Assembly (NCBI GenBank): GCA_963708025.1
Contig: CAVPSB010000012.1
Span: 224,001-288,000 of the forward strand
Direction of reading: 5' to 3'
Source: an uncultured Candidatus Rokubacteria bacterium
GTDB lineage: Bacteria > Methylomirabilota > Methylomirabilia > Rokubacteriales > DASRDR01
Length of the DNA stretch: 64,000 nt
Shown here: piece by piece, positions 8,825 to 17,947 of the stretch
How the letters are laid out: the number at the start of each line of letters is the position of its first letter
How positions within the stretch are numbered: the first letter of the stretch is position 1
Position numbers and translations under genes: made by a program
Notes under the pieces: model-generated
Seen by the model: only the letters and a program-made list of their open reading frames with translations
Databases searched by the model: none
What the model was told of the DNA's origin: nothing

Positions 8825-10879
8825 ATGAAGAATGTGACCGAGCGACTCATCCGGTCCGTCGCGGAGATCCAGCAGCGCGACCGGCGGCTCTCGGAAGAGC
8901 TGAAGGACCTGCGAGAGAAGGTGCGACGCGTCCCGCCACGGGAGGTCCTCGCCCCCGAGGCGATGGCGCTGGAGCCGCCGGAGGTCCACCCGGACTTCGC
9001 GGTCGAGACCATCGTGCTCCGGACCGCCCGGCCGGTCCTCGCCATCCGCCGCGACGCGGCCGTGTTGGCCTTCTCGGCCGAGGACAGCGTCATCTGGAAG
9101 CAGCGGCTCGAGAACGCCCGGCCCTACCTCGTCCAGGCCATTCCCGCCGTCGGCCGGGTCGAGGTCAGGCATCACCCGCGCTACGAGTGGATCGGCACCG
9201 GCTGGCTGGTCGCCGACGACGTCGTGGTCACCAACCGACACGTGGCCCGGGAGTTCGGGCGGCGGGGCGGCGCGCAGTTCGTGTACCGCCAGGGGGTGGA
9301 CGGCCAGCGCATGGAGGCGTCCATCGACTTCATCGAGGAGTTCGAGCGTCTCGACAGCCTGGAGTTCCGCCTCGACCGGATCCTGCACATCGAGGACGAG
9401 GACGGGCCCGACATCGCCTTCATCCGGGTGCTCCGGAACGGCTCGCAACTCGCCCGGAAGATCGACCTGGCGCCCACGGCCGTCGAGGAGGACGAGTACG
9501 TGGCCGTCATCGGCTATCCGGCGCGGGACAGCCGGATCCCCGAGCAGGACCTGATGCGGAGCATCTTCGGGGATCACTACGACAAGAAGCGCCTGGCCCC
9601 CGGCCAGGTCACGGGCACGGGATCGAACGCCGTCCTGCACGATTGCTCGACCCTTGGCGGCAACTCCGGCTCGGTCGTGCTCTCGCTCGCCTCCGGCAAG
9701 GCCATCGGGCTCCATTTCGCCGGCCGGTTCCTGGAGGCCAACTACGCCGTGCCGGCCCGAGCCATCGCGGAGCGGCTCGACTCGATCACCCGCGGCGAAT
9801 CGCCACGCCGATCCCCCGTTCCCGACGACACGCGGGTGACGCGAGCGCCGGTCTCGTCCCGGGCGGCGATGCAGGCGCCGGCCGCCCCGGCGCCCGGACG
9901 GGCGGTGACCTGCACGATCCCGATCCACGTGACGGTGAACGTGGGAGCGCCCGTGCTCGGGGGCGGCGACGCGTCCGTCACGTCGGCCACGCGTCGGCTG
10001 CCGGCGGACACGGACTCGGACGACGACCTGGTGATCACCGAGGCCCGGCCCGAGGACTACCTCGATCGGCCCGGCTACGTGGCGGACTTCCTCGGGCGGG
10101 GGCACGAGGTGTCGCTCCCCCGGGTGACGGCCGGACAGGGCGACGTGCTGACGTTCGAGCTCGAGGGCGAGCCGCAGCAGGTCCTGAAGTACGAGCACTT
10201 CGCCGTGCTCATGAGCCGGAGCCGGCGGCTCTGCCGCTTCAGCGCCGTCAACATCGACGGCAAGGAGACGAAGAAGGTGAAGCGGCCGGCCTGGCGTAAC
10301 GACCCCCGCATCCCGGCCGACGCGCAGATCATGAAGGAATGTTACGGGAATCCGCCGAAGTTCGCCCGGGGACACATGACGCGTCGCGAGGACCCCATCT
10401 GGGGTCCGCTGACCGCCGCCCGCCTCGGGAACGCGGACTCGATGCACGTCACCAACGCGGTCCCGCAGATGCAGCCCTTCAACGCCGGGATCTGGCTGGG
10501 ACTGGAGGACTACGCCCTCGAGCACGCGCGCGAGGACGACATGCGAATCTCGGTCTTCACCGGGCCGTTTCTGAGGAGCGACGACCCGGTGATGTTCGGC
10601 GTGAAGATCCCGCGGACGTTCTGGAAGGTCATCGCCTTCGTCCACGACGACACCGGCGCGCTGTCCGCGACCGGCTATCGCATGTCCCAGGAAGACTTCC
10701 TGAGGGACGAGGAATTCGTCTTCGGCCAACACGAGACGTCCCAGGTGTCGATCGCGTCGATCGAGCGAGAGACCGGCCTGTCGTTCGGGCCGCTGGCCGA
10801 CGTCGATCCGTTCCAGGACGTCGAGGAGGCGCGGCCGGCTCCGCTCACCGACTTCGCGCAGATCCGGTTCGTCAGATAG
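8825..10879 (+). CDS. Trypsin-like serine protease fused to DNA/RNA non-specific endonuclease (NucA/EndoG family)
   Basis: Triad TNRHV / PDIAF / GGNSGS; nuclease motifs FARGHMTRR, TNAVPQ, FNAGIWLGLE, KIPRTFWKV. Confidence 0.93.
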   Translation: MKNVTERLIRSVAEIQQRDRRLSEELKDLREKVRRVPPREVLAPEAMALEPPEVHPDFAVETIVLRTARPVLAIRRDAAVLAFSAEDSVIWKQRLENARPYLVQAIPAVGRVEVRHHPRYEWIGTGWLVADDVVVTNRHVAREFGRRGGAQFVYRQGVDGQRMEASIDFIEEFERLDSLEFRLDRILHIEDEDGPDIAFIRVLRNGSQLARKIDLAPTAVEEDEYVAVIGYPARDSRIPEQDLMRSIFGDHYDKKRLAPGQVTGTGSNAVLHDCSTLGGNSGSVVLSLASGKAIGLHFAGRFLEANYAVPARAIAERLDSITRGESPRRSPVPDDTRVTRAPVSSRAAMQAPAAPAPGRAVTCTIPIHVTVNVGAPVLGGGDASVTSATRRLPADTDSDDDLVITEARPEDYLDRPGYVADFLGRGHEVSLPRVTAGQGDVLTFELEGEPQQVLKYEHFAVLMSRSRRLCRFSAVNIDGKETKKVKRPAWRNDPRIPADAQIMKECYGNPPKFARGHMTRREDPIWGPLTAARLGNADSMHVTNAVPQMQPFNAGIWLGLEDYALEHAREDDMRISVFTGPFLRSDDPVMFGVKIPRTFWKVIAFVHDDTGALSATGYRMSQEDFLRDEEFVFGQHETSQVSIASIERETGLSFGPLADVDPFQDVEEARPAPLTDFAQIRFVR

Positions 10880-11061
10880 ACCTCCGGGCAGACCGGCACC
10901 GGGTGAAGTAGCGGCCAAGCGTCCTGGTGGTGTAGGCGTCACACCCGTGGCCGCCGACAGCCGGTGGCGGTCGTTTGAGAGCTCGTCGCAGCATGGTCGT
11001 GTCGCGTGCCGTGCGACCGAAGCCTTGGAGAAACCTCCGAGCGGCGGCTTCGCCGCCGCAA

Positions 11062-11103
11062 CCGAGGGGGGGCATCGGGGGGGTCTTCCGAGACCCCCCC
11101 GAG
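11062..11103. repeat. Palindromic REP-like repeat (GGGGGTCTTCCGAGACCCCC family), copy 1
   Basis: Near-identical reverse complement at 37739-37779; self-complementary; both lie just after a stop codon. Confidence 0.8.
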
Positions 11104-11107
11104 GTAT

Positions 11108-12250
11108 CTACGCGGTCAGCTCGGCGAGCGCGGCGGTGGCCTTGAGGCCGAAGCCGGAGAGGAGCAGCACCACGCGCTCCCGGCGATCGACGAGGCCCTC
11201 GGCCTCGAGGTGGGCGAGGGCCGGCCACACCACCGCCGAGGTCGGCTCCACGCAGAACCCGGCCCGGCCGAGCGCGCGCACCCCCTCGCGGATCTCGTCC
11301 TCGCTGACCGCGGCCACGCCGCCCCCGCTCTCGCGCAGGGCCTGGAGCACGCGGGCCCCGCGGACGGGTCGGGGGAGGGCGATCCCCTCGGCCAGCGTCG
11401 GCGGCGGGGCCTCGGCGGGCGCGACCTCCGCCGCCTGCTCGCGGAAGGCCCGGTAGACCGGGTTGACGTTCGCCGCCTGGGCGGCGAACAGCCGGGGCAG
11501 CCGGGGGATCAGCTTCGCCTCCACCAGCTCGGCGAACCCGCGGTAGAGCCCGAGGAGGATGCTCCCCGCGCCCACCGGACAGACTACCGCATCCGGCCCG
11601 CGCCAGCCGTCCTGCTCGCAGAGCTCGTAGGCTACCGTCTTGATCCCCTCCACGAAGTACGGGTGCCAGAGGTGGGAGGCGTAGAACTCACCGGTCTCGG
11701 CCACGTGGCGGAGGAGCGCCTCGGTCGCCTGCGGGCGCGGCCCCTCGACCAGGCGGAGGGCGGCGCCGTAGCACCGGATCTGGGCCAGCTTGCCCGGTGA
11801 GGCGGCGGCGGGACAGAAGACCGTGAGCGCGATGCCGGCGCGCGCCGCGTAGGCGGCCAGCGAGGCGGCGGCGTTGCCCGAGGAGTCCTCGACGGCCCGG
11901 GTGATCCCGATCGAGGCGAGGTGGCTCATGAGGAGCGCCGACCCCCGGTCCTTGTAGGAGCCGGTGGGAAGCAGGAAGTCGCACTTGAGCCCGACCGGGC
12001 GCCCGTGGCGCTCGACGGGGACGAGGGGAGTCATCGGCTCGCCGAGCGAGACGCGCCGGGCGAGGGGCGGCAGCGCCTCGGCGTAGCGCCAGAGGTCGGG
12101 CGGCCGCGACCGGACGGCGTCGGGGACGACGCGGCCCGGCGCCCACACCAGGTCCAGCGCGCCGCCGCACGCGCAGCGCCACACGTGGGTGTCCAGCGGG
12201 TACTCGACCCCGCAGCGCTCACAGGACATCGTCGCCTCGCCGTCCGTCAT
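11108..12250 (-). CDS. thrC: Threonine synthase-like PLP-dependent enzyme
   Basis: N-terminal CxxC..CxC, PTGSYKDRG PLP lysine, DSSGNAA, PVGAGS, VEPTSA. Confidence 0.85.
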   Translation of the reverse strand: MTDGEATMSCERCGVEYPLDTHVWRCACGGALDLVWAPGRVVPDAVRSRPPDLWRYAEALPPLARRVSLGEPMTPLVPVERHGRPVGLKCDFLLPTGSYKDRGSALLMSHLASIGITRAVEDSSGNAAASLAAYAARAGIALTVFCPAAASPGKLAQIRCYGAALRLVEGPRPQATEALLRHVAETGEFYASHLWHPYFVEGIKTVAYELCEQDGWRGPDAVVCPVGAGSILLGLYRGFAELVEAKLIPRLPRLFAAQAANVNPVYRAFREQAAEVAPAEAPPPTLAEGIALPRPVRGARVLQALRESGGGVAAVSEDEIREGVRALGRAGFCVEPTSAVVWPALAHLEAEGLVDRRERVVLLLSGFGLKATAALAELTA

Positions 12251-12266
12251 CGGGCCTCCCTGTCTG

Positions 12267-12340
12267 ATCGGGGCCTCCCGCCCACCCCCCCAACCCCCCT
12301 CCCCCACCCACTGGGGGGAGGGGGGAGTCCGAGGTCCCGA
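12267..12340 (-). repeat. C-tract/G-tract intergenic repeat, copy A
   Basis: Reverse complement CCCCCTCCCCCC..TGGGTGGGGGAGGGGGGTTGGGGGG.GGGCGGGAGG matches 36771-36847. Confidence 0.8.
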
Positions 12341-12390
12341 TTGTTTCACACCCTCTCAGTTCCGACCGACCCAGGCGGGACGGCCAGCGA

Positions 12391-12418
12391 TTGACACGTC
12401 GGCGGCCTGGGGTATCCT
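12391..12418 (+). promoter_or_regulatory. Putative sigma70 promoter
   Basis: TTGACA (12391-12396), 16 nt, TATCCT (12413-12418) upstream of ATG 12434. Confidence 0.5.
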
Positions 12419-12433
12419 GCCAAAGTCCCGTCC

Positions 12434-13732
12434 ATGCGGAGGCTCTTCCCCTTCGTCGCCCTCGGCTGTGGGCTCCTCGCGGCACTCGCGGCCGGCGAGG
12501 CGCTGACCCGCCTCGCCGGGTGGCTCAGCCCCCAGGTGCAGTACCTGGCCACTGCGGGGAGCGAGCGGCCCACCCGCTCCTTCGACACCCTGGAGGCGTA
12601 CCTGGCCTCGCAGGCCGCCCAGGTCGTCCCCCACCGGGACTGGCTCAACTACTGGACCAACGCCCTGGGGTTCAACGACGAGGAGTTCACGGTCCCGAAA
12701 CCGGTCGGGCGCTTCCGCATCATGGCCCTCGGCGACTCGTTCACGTACGGCCTCCTGCCTTACCCGTACACCGTCATGACGCTCCTAGAGTCCTTCCTGC
12801 GCACCGCCTGCCCGGGCAAGGACCTCGATCTCCTCAACTTCGGGATCGGTGGTGCGGGGGTCCAGGACTACCGGACCATCGTGACGCTCGCGTTCGCCAC
12901 CTACGAGCCTGACCTCGTCCTGGTCAACTTCTACGCCGGGAACGACGGACCGGACCTGTACCGGCTCGTCCACGAGCGGGGGTCATCGCTGAGGTCGCTC
13001 GTCGATCACTCGCGCCTGTGGACCCTCGGCCGCAACGTCGTCAAGCTCCGGAAGAGCCTCCGCGCCTCGGGCGCGGACAGGACCAGGTCGCCACGCCCCG
13101 ATCCGGGCGGCCCGCCCCCCCGAGGCGGCGCCGTCGTCGATCCGGGGCGTCGGATCAGCGAGGATGACCCGACCCTGGCCGCGCCAACCCCGAAGGCGAA
13201 CGCCTTCGATTCGATCATGGCGATCGAGCTGCGGCGGCTGTACGTTCCCCCCGATGCGGCCGTCGTGGACGAAGCCTGGCGTCCCGTGCTCGCCGCGCTC
13301 GACGCCATTCGCGAGCGGGTCGCCCAGGACAGAAGCCGTCTGGCCATCGTCCTCTACCCCTCGGCCCTCCAGGTGTACCCGGCGATGCGAGAGGACCTCG
13401 CGCCGCGGCTGCGCCGCCGGCCGCGCTATGCGCCGCTGTCGCTCGACGCCATCGACCCCCGGCTTCCCAACAAGCGCCTCGCCGACTATTGCCGGACCGC
13501 GGGTCTCCCGTGCTTCGACCTGACCCCCGTGCTCGTCGAGGCCAGCCGCGTCTCGAGCGAGGCGCTCTATCGGTATCGGGACACCCACTGGACGTTCCGG
13601 GGCAACCGGATCGCCGCCGAAGCGGAAGCCGCCCGGCTCGTCGAGCTGGTCTGCCCCGCGGGGCCCGGCGCGCGCCCGCGTCAGTCACTCACGACGACCC
13701 CGGGCCGCCAGGGGCGGCCCCCTGGCGCCTGA
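12434..13732 (+). CDS. SGNH/GDSL hydrolase (AlgJ/AlgX-like acetyltransferase/esterase), membrane-anchored
   Basis: N-terminal helix, LGDSFTYG, NFGIGG, FYAGND, DTHW..GN. Confidence 0.85.
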   Translation: MRRLFPFVALGCGLLAALAAGEALTRLAGWLSPQVQYLATAGSERPTRSFDTLEAYLASQAAQVVPHRDWLNYWTNALGFNDEEFTVPKPVGRFRIMALGDSFTYGLLPYPYTVMTLLESFLRTACPGKDLDLLNFGIGGAGVQDYRTIVTLAFATYEPDLVLVNFYAGNDGPDLYRLVHERGSSLRSLVDHSRLWTLGRNVVKLRKSLRASGADRTRSPRPDPGGPPPRGGAVVDPGRRISEDDPTLAAPTPKANAFDSIMAIELRRLYVPPDAAVVDEAWRPVLAALDAIRERVAQDRSRLAIVLYPSALQVYPAMREDLAPRLRRRPRYAPLSLDAIDPRLPNKRLADYCRTAGLPCFDLTPVLVEASRVSSEALYRYRDTHWTFRGNRIAAEAEAARLVELVCPAGPGARPRQSLTTTPGRQGRPPGA

Positions 13733-13799
13733 TTCCCCGCCGAGTGCCGCCGGCCGATTCTCCACGTCGAGCCGGGAGGTGCCCGCCACCGGTGGGGCG

Positions 13800-14546
13800 T
13801 CAGGGCGTTCGCTCGCCGGCCCCCCCCGCCTTCTCGTCGATGGCGTCGAGCCGCTCGAACATGTTCTGCACGAACGGCGAGACGCGGAACAGCCACACCA
13901 GCCCGTCGTTGAGCGCCTTGAGCGGCCCCGTGAGCTCGCGCTTGAAGTTGACGAAGAGGACGGCCCGCGTCTCGCGCGAGTCGTTCCACGCGCTGTGGGC
14001 GAAGGTGTCGTCGAAGACGAGGCTCCGGCTCATCTCCCAGTGCCGGGTCTCGCCGCCGACGGTGATGCCGCACTGCTGCGGCTCCTTCGGCACCTTGAGC
14101 CCGAGATGGTAGCGGAGCACGCCCTTGTACGGCCCGCGGTGCTCCGTGAGCCGCGCGCCGGGCTCGAGAATCGAGAAGAAAGCCGACGTCATGCCGGGAA
14201 TGGCCCGCAGCGCCTCGGTCGTCTCCGGGCAGCGGCGGGTGTTCTTCTCGTACGGCTGGCCGTAGAGGAAGAAGACGAAGGCCTTCCACGGCGCGCCCTC
14301 GGTGATGCGCCCTTGCTCGATCGACAGCTCGCGGAACTCGGGCACGGGCCCCTGCAGCACCGCGAGGAGCTCTCGCCGAATCTCCGGGGTGCGGGCCTCG
14401 ATCACCTTCGTCCACGCGAAGTCGCCGGGGTCGAACCATGGCTGGTTGGGCGAGGAGCGGGCGATCGCCCACTCGAGCTGGTCTCGCACGAAGAGGCCCG
14501 CGCCCGAGACGAGGCGGTACGGAAGGCTGTCCTGACGCGCGCGCAT
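13800..14546 (-). CDS. Aspartyl/asparaginyl beta-hydroxylase domain protein (LpxO-like Fe/2OG dioxygenase)
   Basis: AFFSILEPG..L.EHRGPYKGVLRYHLGL, FDDTFAHSAWN, RAVLF. Confidence 0.9.
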   Translation of the reverse strand: MRARQDSLPYRLVSGAGLFVRDQLEWAIARSSPNQPWFDPGDFAWTKVIEARTPEIRRELLAVLQGPVPEFRELSIEQGRITEGAPWKAFVFFLYGQPYEKNTRRCPETTEALRAIPGMTSAFFSILEPGARLTEHRGPYKGVLRYHLGLKVPKEPQQCGITVGGETRHWEMSRSLVFDDTFAHSAWNDSRETRAVLFVNFKRELTGPLKALNDGLVWLFRVSPFVQNMFERLDAIDEKAGGAGERTP

Positions 14547-14807
14547 GGTCTGTCCCTCTCTCCCTCCGACACCCGTTTGCGGTTGACGTGCCCGCCTCGC
14601 CGGCAGCATAACCCCGACCGAGAGCCGGGGCCAGGGGGGGACGGGTGGGGGGGTCGCCCCCCCACCGCCTGCCCGGCCCCTGGCGGCTCGCGCCCGGGCT
14701 GGGCTATGCTGGCGCCGCCGGGGTGGCGAGCCTCCGGCGATCGATCGGCCTCGTGCACGGAGGCCTTTCAACGAGGCGGCGGACCCGGCCGAAGGAGCGG
14801 AGGTCGC

Positions 14808-15782
14808 ATGACGGACCCGATGCAGTCCGAGCCCGGGGCGATCTCACCCCGCCGCCGGGAACGCCAGTGCGGGGTCGTCATCCCCGTCTACAACAGCGAG
14901 GCCAGCCTGCCGACCCTGGTCGACGGCCTGGCCGAGGTCCTGCCGGCGACCGCCACCCGCTTCGAGGTCGTGCTGGTGAACGACGGCAGCCGCGACGGGT
15001 CCTGGGAGGCGGTGTGCCAGGCGGCGCGGAAGCATCCCTGGGTCCGCGGCATCAACCTGATGCGCAACTACGGCCAGCACAGCGCGCTCCTGGCCGGGAT
15101 CCGCGCGGTACGCTGCGACGTCACCGTGACCATGGACGACGACCTCCAGCATCCACCCGATCAGATCCCGCGCCTCCTCGACACGCTGGATGCCGGGTTC
15201 GATCTCGTCTACGGGACGCCCACGCTGGCGCAGCAGGGCTTCTGGCGGAACCTCGCCTCTCGGCTCGCCAAGGCGGGCCTGCACCGGGTGCTCGGGGTGG
15301 CCATCGCCTCGCGGGCCAGCGCGTTCCGGGCGTTCCGGACGTCGCTCCGCGATGGGTTCGCGCAGCACGAGGGCCCGGTGGTGGCCATCGACGCCCTCCT
15401 GGCGTGGACGACGACCCGGGTCACCTCGGTGCCCGTGCGGCACGAGCCGCGGCGGCACGGCCGGTCACACTACAGCTGGCTCAAGCTCGTCCGCCTCGCG
15501 ATCGACGCGACGACCACCTTCCGGACGTGGCCGCTCCGTGTCGCGAGCCTGATCGGATTCGGCGTGATGCTCCTGGGGCTTGGCGCGCTCGCCTTCGTGC
15601 TGGGCGCGTATCTGGTGAGCGGGACGCCGTTGTCGGTCTTCCGTTTCACGGCGTCGATCTTCGCGATCTTCTCGGGCGCGCAGCTGTTCGCGCTGGGCAT
15701 CATGGGCGAGTACGTTGCCCGCATCCATCACCGCGTGATGCGGGAGCCCACCTACGTGGAGCGGGAGCGTGTCGGCGACTAG
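14808..15782 (+). CDS. GT2 polyprenol-phosphate glycosyltransferase (GtrB/ArnC-like)
   Basis: VVIPVYN, VNDGSRD, RNYGQHSA, MDDDLQHPP, two C-terminal TM helices, GEYVAR. Confidence 0.92.
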   Translation: MTDPMQSEPGAISPRRRERQCGVVIPVYNSEASLPTLVDGLAEVLPATATRFEVVLVNDGSRDGSWEAVCQAARKHPWVRGINLMRNYGQHSALLAGIRAVRCDVTVTMDDDLQHPPDQIPRLLDTLDAGFDLVYGTPTLAQQGFWRNLASRLAKAGLHRVLGVAIASRASAFRAFRTSLRDGFAQHEGPVVAIDALLAWTTTRVTSVPVRHEPRRHGRSHYSWLKLVRLAIDATTTFRTWPLRVASLIGFGVMLLGLGALAFVLGAYLVSGTPLSVFRFTASIFAIFSGAQLFALGIMGEYVARIHHRVMREPTYVERERVGD

Positions 15783-15893
15783 TGCCGTTCCAACCACATG
15801 AGGCAAGATGGGGCAAGCGACTCTTGAAGCACGGACTTGCGGCATTCCGGAACAAGTTGGAACGGCACTAGGCCGACGGTGCGGCCGGTGACG

Positions 15894-16712
15894 ATGCCCG
15901 AGGCGACGTCTCGACCCCTGCAGGACGACTGTCCGGGGTGGGGACGCGTCGCCATCATTCCCTGGGACACCGACATCTTCGGATTCCCGGTGGCCGCCTA
16001 CGAGCCGGGGGAGCCCGGGGTCGTGGGCGCCGGCCTGGAGGCGTTTCGACGACGCTTCCGGGAATGGGCGGCGGCTCACGAGGTCGAGCTGGTCTCCTGC
16101 ACCGTGGAAGCTGGCGATCGCGCATGGCGGACACTCCTGCCCGGGCTGGGGTTCGTGTGGGTCGAGCAGACCCTGAGGCTCCGGTGTCGCCTCCAGTCCT
16201 TCGATGCCCCGCCACCGTCGCGCCCGGTGCGGCTCGCCACCCCCGACGATCGGCCGCAAGTCGAGGAGATCGCCGGCCACGCGTTTCGTCACGGTCGCTA
16301 TCATGCCGACCCGCGGTTCCCGTCCGATCTGGCCGACCGTCGCTATCGCCAGTGGGTTCGGCGTGCCTCGACGGATCCCGCGGGCCGCGTGTACGTCGTC
16401 GGCCCTCCGGGTAGCGTCAGGGGGTTCTTCCAGGTGATCGTGAAAGGCACCCGTGCCGAGGTTGGCATCATGGCCGTGGACGAGACGGCTCAGGGGACGA
16501 CCGCCTCGTCGGAGCTCATGACCGGCATGCACCTCGACTTGAAGGCCGGACGGGGTCCGCTGGATCAAGGCCAAGGTCTCGACGACCAACGTCCGCGTCA
16601 TGAATCTCGGGATCGATTTCGGCTACCGCTTCCGGGACCCCGAAGTGACCTTTCACTGGCACTCCCCGGATGCGCGACATCTGCGGTTCGCGAGGGGAGG
16701 AGTCGTGGGTGA
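15894..16712 (+). CDS. WecD-like GNAT acetyltransferase, frameshifted near 16550
   Basis: PWDTDIFG, GRYHADPRF, RYRQWV; C-terminus KVSTTNVRVMNL...GYRF....TFHW is in the next frame; true stop uncertain. Confidence 0.75.
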   Translation: MPEATSRPLQDDCPGWGRVAIIPWDTDIFGFPVAAYEPGEPGVVGAGLEAFRRRFREWAAAHEVELVSCTVEAGDRAWRTLLPGLGFVWVEQTLRLRCRLQSFDAPPPSRPVRLATPDDRPQVEEIAGHAFRHGRYHADPRFPSDLADRRYRQWVRRASTDPAGRVYVVGPPGSVRGFFQVIVKGTRAEVGIMAVDETAQGTTASSELMTGMHLDLKAGRGPLDQGQGLDDQRPRHESRDRFRLPLPGPRSDLSLALPGCATSAVREGRSRG

Positions 16713-17889
16713 CAACGCCTCACGGCGGGGTCCCGAGCTGGCGGACGGAAGCGTGACCTACCGGATTCCCTTCAACCGCGCCACCCGAACCGGCCGGGAG
16801 CTCGAGTACATGGCCGACGCGCTCGACGCCGGGGTGATCTCGGGCGACGGAGTCTACACCCGGCGATGCAGCCGCCTCCTGGAAGAGCTGATGGGCGTCC
16901 CCCGCGTGCTCCTCACCACGTCCTGCACGACCGCCCTCGAGATGATCGCGCTCCTGCTGGGGATCGAGCCGGGCGACGAGGTCGTCATGCCGGCGTTCAC
17001 CTTCGTCTCGACGGCCAACGCCTTCGTCCTGCGGGGCGCCCGGCCGGTCTTCGTCGACATCCGGCCGGACACCTTGAATCTCGACGAAGCGCAGCTGGAG
17101 CGGCTCGTCACGCCGCGCACCAGGGCCATCGTGGTCGTCCACTACGCGGGCGTCGGGTGCGAGATGGACGAGATCCTGGCCATCGCGGGTCGGCACGGGA
17201 TCCCGGTGGTCGAGGACAACGCCCAGGGCCTGTTCGGAGCGTACCGCGCTCGGGCGCTGGGGACGTTCGGCTGTCTGGCGGCCCAGAGCTTCCACGAGAC
17301 CAAGAACGTCACCTGCGGGGAGGGGGGGGCCCTCGTCATCAACGATCCCCGCTACTTCGAGCGAGCGGAGATCATCCGGGAGAAGGGCACCAACCGGAGC
17401 CGCTTCTTCCGTGGCCTGGTCGACCGGTACACGTGGGTGGACGTGGGCTTCAGCGCCCTGCCCTCCGACCTGCTGGCGGCCTTCCTGTATGCCCAGCTCG
17501 AGGCCCGCGAGCAGATCCAGGCCAAGCGGCGACGCGTGTGGGAGTGCTACGACGAGTCACTGCGTCCGTGGGCCGCGCGGCACGATGTCCGGCTGCCGGT
17601 GGTGCCGGCGCACTGCGCGCAGCCGTACCATCTCTACTACCTGCTCATGGCCTCGCTCGAGCACCGGCAAGCCCTGATCGCGCGGCTCAAGGCGCAGGGC
17701 ATCCTCGCCGTCTTTCACTACCAGCCGCTGCACCTCTCCGAGATGGGGCAGCGGTTCGGCGGGAAGGCCGGCGACTGCCCGGTCACCGAGAGCGTCAGCG
17801 ATCGCCTCCTCCGTCTTCCGTTCTACGCGGATCTGACCGAGGCGGACCAGGCCCGCGTCGTCGACACCATTCGCGCGTTCGAGGGCTGA
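16705..17889 (+). CDS. wecE: dTDP-4-amino-4,6-dideoxygalactose transaminase
   Basis: IPFN, LLTTSCTTALE, FTFVSTANAF, SFHETKN PLP lysine, REKGTNRSRF, YTWVD; GGAGGAG before GTG 16705 (alternative GTG 16753). Confidence 0.92.
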   Translation: MGDNASRRGPELADGSVTYRIPFNRATRTGRELEYMADALDAGVISGDGVYTRRCSRLLEELMGVPRVLLTTSCTTALEMIALLLGIEPGDEVVMPAFTFVSTANAFVLRGARPVFVDIRPDTLNLDEAQLERLVTPRTRAIVVVHYAGVGCEMDEILAIAGRHGIPVVEDNAQGLFGAYRARALGTFGCLAAQSFHETKNVTCGEGGALVINDPRYFERAEIIREKGTNRSRFFRGLVDRYTWVDVGFSALPSDLLAAFLYAQLEAREQIQAKRRRVWECYDESLRPWAARHDVRLPVVPAHCAQPYHLYYLLMASLEHRQALIARLKAQGILAVFHYQPLHLSEMGQRFGGKAGDCPVTESVSDRLLRLPFYADLTEADQARVVDTIRAFEG

Positions 17890-17947
17890 CGCGCGGGTGC
17901 GCCCCCCGGGAGAATCGCCGATCCGGACGCGCCCCGCCGGGGCGAGC

